A DNA stretch of 63,322 nt, the filler included, from Octopus bimaculoides (taxonomy: Eukaryota), in the NCBI RefSeq assembly GCF_001194135.2. It is 5 parts of 5 records of this genome, joined end to end, with 100 filler letters (N's around TTAATTAATTAA, not from the genome) between each part and the next. Parts side by side here need not be neighbours in the genome. Positions count along the whole stretch, not along the records: positions 31,113 to 48,311 come from NC_068989.1; positions 48,412 to 58,699 come from NC_068982.1; 3 more parts are not named here. The stretch is one strand, 5' to 3'. Shown piece by piece: positions 41,698 to 52,496 of this stretch. The notes beneath the pieces were generated by a model, which had not been told where the DNA came from, made no database searches, and saw nothing but the letters and a program-made list of their open reading frames with translations. Every line of letters starts with the position of its first letter. Position 1 is the first letter of the stretch. A program made the translations under genes and the position numbers.

Positions 41698-41812
41698 TCT
41701 CAACTCATCAGGTTTACCAAATATACAAGCAAGCACTGACATGCTGATGAGCTGTTGATTCAGCAGCATGTCACTGCTCATTTGTATATTTGGTAAGCCT
41801 GATGAGTTGAGA
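41698..41812. repeat. Hairpin with ~48-bp stem
   Basis: TCTCAACTCATCAGG..GACATGCTG pairs with CAGCATGTC..CCTGATGAGTTGAGA. Confidence 0.8.
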
Positions 41813-42062
41813 AATGCAAAATGTATTACATAATCTTATAATAATGACTTTCAAAGAAACAACTGTTTTCATGCCACTCTTAAGGTTCCATTCATTTTTG
41901 GATACTGTTGGAGTTACAAATCATCAAATAACATTGAACTTCCCTTCATCGATACATTCCATGCTATGTTAATGGTTTGCGTAACTGATTTGTGCCATTC
42001 TGTCTTGTCTTCAAGTGTGTTGTGCTTCAGTGTGATATGCCTAGATCACCTTTAATAATATA

Positions 42063-42228
42063 TTCATCATCATCATCATTTAACGTCCGTTTTCCATGCT
42101 GGCATAAGTTGGATGGTTTGACTGAGGTCTGGAGAGCCAGCGGTTGCACCAGGCCCCAATCTGATCTGGCAATGTTTCCACAGCTGGATGCCCTTCCTAA
42201 CGCCAACCACTCCGAGAGTGTAATACAT
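42063..42228 (-). mobile_element. RTE 3' UTR fragment
   Basis: (CAT)n TTAACGTCCGTTTTCCATGC..CAGCTGGATGCCCTTCCTAACGCCAACCACTC. Confidence 0.85.
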
Positions 42229-42273
42229 CTATCATAACTATGATAATGCTTTTATTGTAACTTTTAAATTTTT

Positions 42274-42660
42274 TTGATAAAAAAATCGAGGATTATTGTA
42301 TCTTTGAATCGTCATGTTTGGGGAGACCTTTTGAATCAAGTAAAATCAAAAATCAAAATCAAAAATCAAAATCAAAAATCAAAATCAAAAATCAGAATCT
42401 CAATCAAATCGAAATCAAAAATGGAAATTGTAGTTGTGGCCAATGCCAGTGCCACCTGACTGGCTCCCTGTGCTGGTGGCACGTAAAAAGCACCCACTAC
42501 ACTCTTGCAATGGTTGGCATTAGGAAAGGCATCCAGCTGCAGAAACCTTGCCAGATCAGATTGGAGCCCAGTGCAGCCCCCTGGCTTGCCAGTCCCCAGT
42601 CAAACCGTCCAACCCATGCTAGCATGGAAAGCGAATGCTAAACAATGATGATGATGATGT
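42274..42660 (+). mobile_element. RTE-related 3' end with internal (AAAATC)n array and (GAT)n tail
   Basis: The same UTR motifs at 42444-42660; hexamer array at about 42342-42420. Confidence 0.75.
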
Positions 42661-43256
42661 ACATGTTTTCTTTTTTTCATAACTGTATGCCTACTTTTGC
42701 ACCAACCTATGTACTGCACTCTTACATATGCCCAACATGTCTTGCACATGCAACACATTCATGCACACAAACACGTCATTCGCCATATACTTCGACTCAG
42801 TACCTCCTCTCGATACACAAGAAAAAATACAAATAAGATTGCTTTGTCATTGTTGACAATGGTATTCCTCTTGTTTGACTACTCTCACATTGTATTATAG
42901 TGAAAGTGGCTGTCGATTACGTAATCAACAAATATTTTGTCTAACCGTTGGCTGTGACAGTCCCATAATGTGTAACAAGTTCAATCTATTTTCAGTCTCT
43001 TTACATTATCTCACTTTCAACCCAGTTTAACCACAAAGCTGCAGTCTACTTTTGAAAAACTACATGGCCACTCATACGTACTGACTTATACACACTCGCA
43101 TGCATGCATGCAATTTGGACTCAGTTCCACACAAACACACACACACAGTTCCCTGTATTAGAAGACACAGCATGACAAAAAAAGAAAAACACAGAGAAGC
43201 AGAAAGTTATAATGATATGCACAATCACATAAACATCCATTATATGTATGTGTGTA

Positions 43257-43293
<37 letters not shown>

Positions 43294-43542
43294 ATGGAAA
43301 AAAGATGTATATGCGTGTGTGTGTTTGTATAGACGTGTATATATGTGTGGTGTGTATGTGTATATATATTTAAATTTAATTGAAGGATATGTTAACCTCG
43401 TGAAGGGATGGAAATACTGGTTCAATACCTAATATTGGCAGGGAATAAAATTCCCTTAAAACAAGAGGTATATATTAAGCATATAGTTTATATCCAGTTA
43501 AAAGAAAAAAATAAAATGGAGATAAGGAAGTTAAAAATGATC

Positions 43543-43859
43543 TATTATTAACAAATTGGTCATCTTCACCTCTTACAGCCGTTTCAATTAATACTCAATA
43601 ATTTAATTACAAATTTGGACATTAAATTTGCATCTATGTGACCTGAGTATAACTTCATCAGAGAAAAAAAAGGTACCTCAGCCTGCTGAAATGAATTGAT
43701 AGGTCCACATATAACATCCCAAAGTACATCTTTTTTTTCTCTGATGAAATTATGGTCATGTCACATAAATGCAAATTTAATGTACAAATTTGTAATTAAA
43801 TTATCGTGTATTAATTGAAACAGCTGTAAGAAGCAAAGATAACCAGTTTGTTAATAATA
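43543..43859. repeat. Fold-back element, ~135-bp arms with 47-nt spacer
   Basis: TATTATTAACAAA..GGTAC and GTAC..TTTGTTAATAATA are imperfect reverse complements. Confidence 0.8.
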
Positions 43860-43901
43860 AATAATTATCAATTTCCTTTTCTACATTTTCTTTTTTTCTT
43901 T

Positions 43902-43941
<40 letters not shown>

Positions 43942-44567
43942 NNNNNNNNNNNNNNNNNNNNNNNNNNNNNNNNNNNNNNNNNNNNNNNNNNNNNNNNNNN
44001 NNNNNNNNNNNNNNNNNNNNNNNNNNNNNNNNNNNNNNNNNNNNNNNNNNNNNNNNNNNNNNNNNNNNNNNNNNNNNNNNNNNNNNNNNNNNNNNNNNNN
44101 NNNNNNNNNNNNNNNNNNNNNNNNNNNNNNNNNNNNNNNNNNNNNNNNNNNNNNNNNNNNNNNNNNNNNNNNNNNNNNNNNNNNNNNNNNNNNNNNNNNN
44201 NNNNNNNNNNNNNNNNNNNNNNNNNNNNNNNNNNNNNNNNNNNNNNNNNNNNNNNNNNNNNNNNNNNNNNNNNNNNNNNNNNNNNNNNNNNNNNNNNNNN
44301 NNNNNNNNNNNNNNNNNNNNNNNNNNNNNNNNNNNNNNNNNNNNNNNNNNNNNNNNNNNNNNNNNNNNNNNNNNNNNNNNNNNNNNNNNNNNNNNNNNNN
44401 NNNNNNNNNNNNNNNNNNNNNNNNNNNNNNNNNNNNNNNNNNNNNNNNNNNNNNNNNNNNNNNNNNNNNNNNNNNNNNNNNNNNNNNNNNNNNNNNNNNN
44501 NNNNNNNNNNNNNNNNNNNNNNNNNNNNNNNNNNNNNNNNNNNNNNNNNNNNNNNNNNNNNNNNNNN

Positions 44568-44745
44568 NCCACGGGTTCCCTCAACTGTTAGGGTGTGGCA
44601 CTTTTTCACGCAGCTATCCTCATCCAGTCTCACCACATGTCCATACCAGCGCAATCGTCTCTCTTGCACACCACAACTGATGCTTCTTATGTTCAGCTTT
44701 TCTCTCAAGATACTTACACTCTGACGGGTATTCATACGTAATAAG
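44568..44745 (-). mobile_element. RTE RT C-terminal fragment
   Basis: ILREKLNIRSISCGVQERRLRWYGHVVRLDEDSCVKKC. Confidence 0.85.
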
Positions 44746-44865
44746 GGTGGCTTATTCGCAATTTTACAACCGAAAGGCAGAAATATATATATGTGTCACT
44801 AAAGTGACTGCGGACACTAGTGAGTACCAGTATTGCTAGAAAGAAGCCTGTTGTATATATACTTC

Positions 44866-44929
<64 letters not shown>

Positions 44930-44935
<6 letters not shown>

Positions 44936-45135
44936 TGTTGTCCCCCCAACATCGCTTGACAACTGATGGTGGTGTGTTTATGTCCCCATAACTTAGCAGT
45001 TCGGCAAAAGAGACCGATAGAATAAGTACTAGGCTTACAAAGAATAAGTCCTGGGGTTGATTTGCTCAACTAAAGGCGGTGCTCCAGCATGGCCACAGTC
45101 AAATGACTGAGACAAAAGAATAGAAGAAATAAGAA
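44930..45135 (+). mobile_element. SINE family A, 3' half
   Basis: Same 3' body and tail following a (GT)n run. Confidence 0.9.
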
Positions 45136-45929
45136 TACATCATGGATTCTCCTGTCAACATATGAGAGTTCTCACAAATTATTTGTTTATAGTGATCAAA
45201 TGTTTGTGTAGACATAAGTTCATTCCTTCCATCAGATTAACATTACCTGTACAGGTGCAACGGGCTGCCACATGTTAATGAAGAAATGACTGCAGAGCAA
45301 CATATAATGAAGTGCTTTGCTTAAGAATGCAACACCCAGTCTGAGAATCAAACCTGCGATCTTGCAATCATGTATGTATACATATTTGTAGCGTACCTGT
45401 CGTGTTTGTATACGTGTGTTTATACAGCCATACACATTCACAGAGATGTTTTTTTATGATTGACAGTAAGTGCAACCGCACCTGTTATTGTTACTATTGT
45501 CATAGTTATGGCTTTTATAAATCATTTAATTCACATTTCTATGAAAAAACATCTGAGTGCTTTATAGAAGACACATGAAGCCACTCCTGTATTTGATTCA
45601 TACATCATCACATTATCGGCCCTGAAATGGTGACACCAAGTTAACCTGGGCAGTAAGTGAACTCTGATACCCACACCTCAGTGGTAGTGTGCTTATTCAC
45701 AATGGTTGTTGTAGTTCTTTAGGTTGTATTAAAACTGCCACTTCAACTTTTGTTCAAGGTGATAAAAATAATAACTGCACTGGGTTTTCTGTTCAAGAAA
45801 AGCGTATATTTTGTCAGTTAATATGGATGTGAGATTCTTGTGAGCAGGAAATGGGCTGAGAGAAGGCTATCCCTGAAAGGTCAGGCAGAGGTGGTTAACA
45901 CATGTATCATGTCTGTCATCTATTCTCTT

Positions 45930-46311
45930 TACTCTCTTTTACTTGTTTCAGTCATTTGACTGTGGCCATGCTGGAGCACCGCCTTTTAGTCGAGCTGATC
46001 AACCCCAGGACTTATTCTTTGTAAGCCTAGTACTTATTCTATCGGTCTGTTTTGCCGAACCGCTAAGTTACGGGGACGTAAACACACCAGCATCGGTTGT
46101 CAAGCAATGTTGTGGGGACACACACACACACTCACACACACACATACACATATATATACGACAGGCTTCTTTCAGTTTCCGTCTACCAAATCCACTCACA
46201 AGGCTTTGGTCAGCCCGAGGCTATAGTAGAAGACAGTTGCCCAAGATGCCACGCATTGGGAATGAACCCAGAACCATGCGGTTGGTAAGCAAGCTACTTA
46301 CCACACAGCCA
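45930..46311 (-). mobile_element. SINE family A, full length
   Basis: Reverse-complement match to the 57811 copy over its whole length. Confidence 0.9.
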
Positions 46312-46319
46312 TTCCTATT

Positions 46320-46536
46320 TATTTATTTTTTGTTGCCCACAGGTGGCTAAACATAGAGGGGACAGACAAGGAGATTAAGTCGATTACATCGACCCCAGTG
46401 CATAACTGGTACTTATTTAATCAACCCCGAAAGGATGAAAGGCAAAGTCGACCTTGGCAGAATTTGAACTCAGAACGTAGCAGCAGACGAAATACCGCTA
46501 AGCATTTTGCCTGGCGTGCTAACGATTCTGCCAGCT
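46320..46536 (-). mobile_element. SINE family B (tail variant B1)
   Basis: Matches 22730-22952. Confidence 0.85.
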
Positions 46537-46651
46537 TGACCATTGTGCCTTTTTCCTGGCCACTATCTGATCGTACTGCAGCATATACTCTTCCGGTTCT
46601 TGTGGAAGGGATGCGTCCTGATGGCCAGGCAGTCTATCTTCTGTCAGCACC

Positions 46652-46765
46652 TGCCTTTCATCCTTTTGGGGGAGATAAATTAAGTACCAGTTGAGTACTG
46701 GGGTCGATATCATCAACTATTCCCCCTCCCCCCAAATTTCAGGCTTTGTGCCTATAGTAGAAAGG

Positions 46766-46810
<45 letters not shown>
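46652..46810 (+). mobile_element. SINE family B2 3' fragment with (ATT)n tail
   Basis: GCCTTTCATCCTTTTGGGG..AAGTACCAG..TTGTGCCTATAGTAGAAAGG(ATT)n. Confidence 0.8.
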
Positions 46811-46812
<2 letters not shown>

Positions 46813-47010
46813 GGCGGAGAGCTGGTAGTATCGTTAGCACGCTGGACGAAATGCTTAGCAGTATTTCGCCCGTTGCTACATTCTGAGTTCAAATTCCACC
46901 GAGGTCGACTTTACCTTTCATCCTTTTGGGGTCATTGTAATCAACTAGTCCCCTCCCCAAAAACTTCTGACCTTGTGCCTATAATAGAAAGGATTATTAT
47001 TATTATTAGT
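46811..47010 (+). mobile_element. SINE family B2 with internal deletion
   Basis: Full head, lacks the AAGTACCAG segment, B2 tail. Confidence 0.8.
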
Positions 47011-47228
47011 AGTAGTAGTAGTAGTAGTAGCAGTAATTGTATTGGTTTAATGCTTGTTGTCGTGATATGGTGGTCATGATGAGGTGGTGGGGCGGTTGTA
47101 GTTGTCATCACCATGGTGGCGTCTGTCTGTTGTAGTAGAAGCAGCAGCAGTAGTAGTTGGCGATGTTTAACCCTTGGTCAGTCTCAATCTAGCTGTCACC
47201 ATGTTTCCTTTAATGTATCCCTCTAATG

Positions 47229-47434
47229 CAGGGCTCTCCAAAGTGGTCGATATCGACCCCCTGATGGTGGGGAGAGGGTCGTTGGGACAATTCTGGGGAG
47301 GGGCGATAAATGCACATCTACTTAATTATTATTATTATTATTTATTTATTTATCTTTTTATACGTGCCTGGGGGTGGGGGTCAAGTATTCCATGAAGGGA
47401 TCGATGGTCCTTTTAAGAAGCTCGGGGACCCCTG
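47229..47434. mobile_element. hAT-type MITE
   Basis: Ends CAGGGCTCTCC..GGGGACCCCTG; 8-bp TSD CTCTAATG/TTCTAATG. Confidence 0.75.
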
Positions 47435-48227
47435 TTCTAATGTGTCTTTCCACTTTGACGACTGGAAGATTTGACTGGTGTTTCTAGTATGCCGGATTAC
47501 TGCTACTAACAAACCTGCCCTCCCCTGTTGCATAGTAACAGTCGAAGTGGTGGTGGTGGTGAAGTCAGCGCTCATTGTTCCTAAGTGCTACCTGCCGCAT
47601 TGTTTCGCTAAACTTTCCCCTGTTTATGCTGATACAAGAAACAAGACCATGTTTCTTGTTTTGCTTTTGTTTTTTGGGGTTTTTTTCTTCGTAGTTTAAC
47701 TTTCCAACGCTCCCACCACTGTCACTTCATTGTTTCTCGAGGTCCTCTCTGGGCGATGCTTTTATGTGGTGGCACTTATAAACTTGTATAAGGGGAGGAG
47801 GCGGGAGTGGAAGCAAATTCAAGGGTTACACTCTAACTACGTGACTGACAGAGACGGGGCTATTGTGATGATGATGGTGGTGGTGGTTTTGTTGATTTGA
47901 TTGTTTCTTTGTTGTTGTTTAGCCCCAGCTCAGCTCTTGATCAAGGAGGTCTATGACCAAAGACGTTCCAGCCATGGCCATTTTGTCTTATTTCCTGACT
48001 ACATTTCAAGGAATCCTTACACAACATCGGCATTCCTTCAGTATTATTCTACAGTGTCGGTGTGAACAGACGACGTCATTCACCCTCTTTCCGTTTAGCC
48101 TCATTGTCTCTTGTCACAAAGGAAGTGTTTGTGATCTAAGGATTGTCTTACAATATCCTGTATCTCTTACTGGTTTCACTCACTGAACTATATCCATGTT
48201 AGGGCACTAAACCTTGAACGGTTTAGT

Positions 48228-48290
48228 CCGGTGGTTCCCAACCTTTTCACGACCAATGAACCCTTCTATTTAAGTGAGTTTTCCCACGTG
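48228..48290 (+). mobile_element. hAT-like terminus, truncated at a microsatellite/gap
   Basis: CCGGTGGTTCCCAACCTTTT resembles a Charlie-type TIR. Confidence 0.4.
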
Positions 48291-48411
48291 TATATATATA
48301 TATATATATATNNNNNNNNNNNNNNNNNNNNNNNNNNNNNNNNNNNNNNNNNNNNTTAATTAATTAANNNNNNNNNNNNNNNNNNNNNNNNNNNNNNNNN
48401 NNNNNNNNNNN

Positions 48412-48456
<45 letters not shown>

Positions 48457-48482
48457 ATACATATATACATATATATACATAC

Positions 48483-48515
<33 letters not shown>

Positions 48516-48544
48516 CGTATGTATGTATGTATTATGTATATGTA

Positions 48545-48785
48545 TATATCTGTGTGTATTTGTCTTTGTGTCTGTGTTTGTCTCCCACAACCGTTGAGCA
48601 ACCGATGTTGGTGTGTTTATGTCTCCGTAACCTAACGGTTCAGCGAAACAGACTGATAAAATAAGTAATAAGCTTTTTAAAAAATATTCCTGAGATCGAT
48701 TTGTTTGGCTAAAACCCTTCAAAGCGGTGCCCCAGCGCACCCGCAGTCAAATGACTGAAACCAGTAAAGGATAACAGATAAAAGA
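48545..48785 (+). mobile_element. SINE family A, 3' half
   Basis: Same 3' body and tail. Confidence 0.8.
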
Positions 48786-49689
48786 TAATATATATATATA
48801 TATGTACACACTACGCATATATACGTTTATGTATTTGTGTATCTGTCTGTCTGTCTGTTTGTATGTATGCATGTATGTATGTACGTAGTACAGGCATACA
48901 TTATATGTATAGATATGTGTACACACAAACACCCAAAAGAATAGGTGATCAAAGAAAGAAAATAGTACTGAACACATTTCAGTGGAGTTCTTAAGCATTT
49001 AATAGCACATTCACTCAGATGAATAATACTTGACGTTTCGTAGACGCAAATACGTTTCTGCATCGTGACAAATACAAGGCTGACTTGGAGGTACGAATGC
49101 TTGAGCCTCCATTGGTTAAATGACAGAAAGGAGGAGGAAGATAATCTCAATATAAGCAACCAAATATTGTGTGTTTTGCAAATGGATGTGAACCGACAAG
49201 ACTAGAATGGCAATTTCGGTTGTCGGCAGCCAGTGGGTTGAAGATCATTAATAGTTTGTGTGACAATGGCCTTTGCCGATCCTCCGGATTTGGTGAGTTT
49301 GATGCGAGTAAGTCATGAATAGCAAAGAAATTCTAGAGAGCTGGCATTCTGGGTATGAAGGACTAGGCATACTGAATCAATGAGACCTGTGGGAGTTGAT
49401 CACAATCTGTCCGGTGTTTTCTGTTTAAAGACGTATAAAATGAAGCTCTGAGTAACCTGACGTAGTAACAGACATTTTAATAACATTTATACTTACAACA
49501 CACGCGTGCGCGCGCACATACACACGCACAAACATACATACATACGTGTGTGTGTGTGTGTGTGTGCGCGCGTGCGTGTGATGAGAAGATGGAAGCTATG
49601 TTAAAGAATACGATTTGTTATAACTGATAGTTTATATCAAGTATGGATAAGCAACAGACTTGCTCACTAGCTAATCGCGACACCAGAGC

Positions 49690-49996
49690 ATGTTCTGGCA
49701 CTCTCTTTCTATATATCATTGGCGGGGAGATTAGTCGCTGCTGCCTCTGGCGGTTGGGTGTCTATCATTGACAAGATTGAGGAAGGTCGAAATCACGTAA
49801 CCTGGTGGTCTCGGCGTTAGAGATGGCAGGGGATTGATTATCCCCGCTAGCCATATAAACAAGTATGCATTTTGCACCAAAAGCCAATATCAAGGTTTCT
49901 CTCATGGTAAGTACTAAAGTATAGTGTGTTCTAACAGAACATCCACGTTTAAGTGGGGGCAAATATTACTTCTTGGTATTAATACTGCCTCTGTCG
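49690..49996 (+). mobile_element. HHR-bearing element, divergent homologue of the 52 kb and 61.6 kb copies (boundaries approximate)
   Basis: HHR motif, a post-cleavage GGGGA..TCCCC hairpin, and a 3' block TTTAAGTGG..CAAATAT.ACTTCT shared with 61780-61801. Confidence 0.5.
49762..49808 (+). ncRNA. Degenerate type I hammerhead (U3-A8 core), cleavage triplet AUC mutated to ACC
   Basis: CTATCA-TTGACAA-GATT(GAGGAA)GGTC-GAAA-T(CACGTA)-ACC/TGGTGG. Stems I and II pair with G-U wobbles; U16.1 is replaced by C. Confidence 0.55.
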
Positions 49997-50127
49997 TTTA
50001 TATATATATCTTTTACAACAAACACAGTACAAAGAGGTGGAAGCGATGAGAAAATATGCAATAGATAGAGAAATTAAATAAAGACCTAAAGGTATTATCA
50101 GTGAAAGGAGCGCAAGAAGGAAAAGGA

Positions 50128-50215
<88 letters not shown>

Positions 50216-50991
50216 TGCACATGCACAACACACACAAACACGCCATTCAAAATAAAACGGACGAAATTTCCATAAGGCTATGGAAAAAATTATTTGGGGT
50301 TATATAAAAAATATCAAACAACGAATTCAAAGTAGAAATGATCATTTTTTTTTTTTTTTTTCATAAAAATTAGTGACAAAGTCAAAAGCAATAATATAAT
50401 CTAATAAACATCCGCATAACCTATATCTTGTCGATAAAAATCGAAATGCCCGTTATGCTTAAGTGAAAAATATTTTATCTTGTTTCAAAGCAAGTGTTGA
50501 ACCGTAAAGTTGAACTGCTGAACTATAATAAGCATTCTTCGAAGTTTCTGATTTTGAGGCCTTTGGCACTGCACGTTTATTAATATATTGACACTTTTCA
50601 CTATTGCATATGCTTTACCGTTTTTTTCGTAAGTTCGGATACCTTAGACGTATTTTGGTATTTTTTGATAATTCTGAACTGGAATCGTTTCCTTCCGACC
50701 GTCGCATTCGATCTTAACATAATTTATAACAGGATTCTGATTTTATTTTCTCATCTTTTGATATGGATTTTATCGACCAGGTTATAGGTTATACACACAT
50801 TTATTTATGCAACATTATATTACTCTTAATGTATTTTATTTTATGTGTCTTTTTTATTTTTTTATTTTTTAATATCCCTCCTACTTTAAATTAATTTTTG
50901 ATGCTTTTACATAACCCCAAATATAATTTTACATGTTTATACATATTTCGAAATTGAATTTCGTCCGTTTTATTTACGAATGTATGAACGT

Positions 50992-51035
<44 letters not shown>

Positions 51036-51112
51036 NNNNNNNNNNNNNNNNNNNNNNNNNNNNNNNNNNNNNNNNNNNNNNNNNNNNNNNNNNNNNNNNN
51101 NNNNNNNNNNNN

Positions 51113-51168
<56 letters not shown>

Positions 51169-51411
51169 AGGATTCAAGCGAATCAGATCTTTAAATAAAT
51201 ATATAATTTCAGGATTGAAGCAAATCAGGTCCTTAAATAATAAATCAGCAAGGTCGGGATAGAGAAATTGCCATCGCGTACAAACGATATTTGAAGAACC
51301 TATACGTGCATGCTAAAGTGAACACGGATTTATACTCCGGTTGGGTGTACAATCACAAATGGCCGACTGAATATGCAACGAGTCTTCAAGGTTGCCAATG
51401 GGTACATATAT

Positions 51412-51610
51412 ATATCTTCTAATATATAAATGGTAATTTCTGTCTGTCTGTCTGTTACCATCTTAGTGCATAATCCAGCGAATCAATGTTCACGAAAGTT
51501 TGCATGCATGTTACACTAACATCAAGTGGGAAGGAAGAATGTAAAAAACCCTTTTGACTTAGCCAAAGCAAACAGGCTTTTTTTTACATTCTTCCTTCCC
51601 ACTTGGATTG
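51412..51610 (+). mobile_element. Non-autonomous Helitron-like 5' end with internal hairpin
   Basis: TCTTCTAATATATAAA followed by (TCTG)n, typical of Helitron-N starts; 26-bp perfect inverted repeat at 51523-51605. Confidence 0.45.
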
Positions 51611-51919
51611 TTTAAATGCAGTTACAACAGTAATATGTCCTTCTACTGAAATGAAATTTCAGTAAATTTTCTGTATCTTTGTGCAGCTGAAGATTGCTTT
51701 GCATTTTACATTTAATGTAATGCTCGCATTGCTTAAATAAATGGACTCGCATGAAACGATCGTACTGCAGTAACCTTCAATATCCTTGTTGTTTATTTTG
51801 ATTTTTGATCACTTTATTTTTTGGAATTGTTTGGATAATACCATACTAAATTCTGGTGCCTAAACTTAAGTACCATATTCATTTTGAATCTAAACATTTT
51901 CATATATATATATATAATC

Positions 51920-52489
51920 TTAATAATTATCGCCAAGCCAACATGGCAGTCCCAAATATAGGACGAATGCTACCGTGGATTAGCTCCAAGAGGCCATCGC
52001 CTCTAGGTAGCTATGTGACACACGAATCTGTGTCCTTTATAACCTTCGAACAGGGGAGGTCAGCAGCTTCCCCTTGCTGGTTTGGCATCTGCAGACTAGA
52101 CTAGTTTCAGGGTGTTGCCCCTTGTCAATGCAGAGCAGCCGAGCCCCAGCAGGCGTCGCTACTGACTATCTGTAGGAAGGTTATTTATCTAATTTCAGTG
52201 GAATACATCAACTGGTTTTCAGAAATAGAGTTATTAATATTTCTAAGTCTCTCTAAAGGAGACTACGGCAGCGGTACTGAAGCTGCTGACCTCCCTTGTT
52301 CGAAGGTTATAAAGGACACAGATTCGTGTGTCACATAGCTAGCTAGAGGCGATGGCCTCTTGGAGCTAATCCACGGTAGCATTCGTCCTATATTTGGGAC
52401 TGCCATATTGGCTTGACGATAATTATTAATATCCAGTACCGCTGCCGTAGTCTCCTTTAGAGAGACTTAGAAATATTAATAACTCTATT
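51920..52489. mobile_element. HHR-bearing retrozyme/Penelope-pLTR-like non-autonomous insertion with inverted two-part structure
   Basis: A (51920-52070) and A' (52279-52429) form a 151-bp inverted repeat with 4 mismatches. B (52224-52279) and B' (52434-52489) form a perfect 56-bp inverted repeat. The HHR lies in the spacer and both flanks are (TA)n. Confidence 0.7.
52088..52134 (-). ncRNA. Type I hammerhead ribozyme, U3-A8 core variant, apparently intact
   Basis: Minus strand reads UCUGCA-UUGACAA-GGGG(CAACA)CCCU-GAAA-CUA(GUC)UA-GUC/UGCAGA. Stem I is a perfect 6 bp, stem II 4 bp, stem III 4 bp, with a GUC cleavage triplet at 52096-52094. Confidence 0.8.
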
Positions 52490-52496
52490 ATATATA

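Noticed and set aside
41745-41820. CTGATGAG motifs resembling a hammerhead core
   Set aside because: No correctly placed GAAA, NUH and stem I; the motif arises from the hairpin arms.
51237-51420. 61-codon open frame (REIAIAYKRYLKNLY..WVYNHKWPTEY)
   Set aside because: No start codon, convincing splice sites or recognisable family; the length is within chance expectation.
51920-52489. DIRS1-like (ITR plus internal complementary region) or Ngaro split-repeat interpretation
   Set aside because: The topology fits superficially. However, there is no left-ICR match to the element start and no tyrosine recombinase remnant, and the repeats are inverted rather than direct. The hammerhead and homology to two other HHR elements favour a retrozyme/PLE origin.
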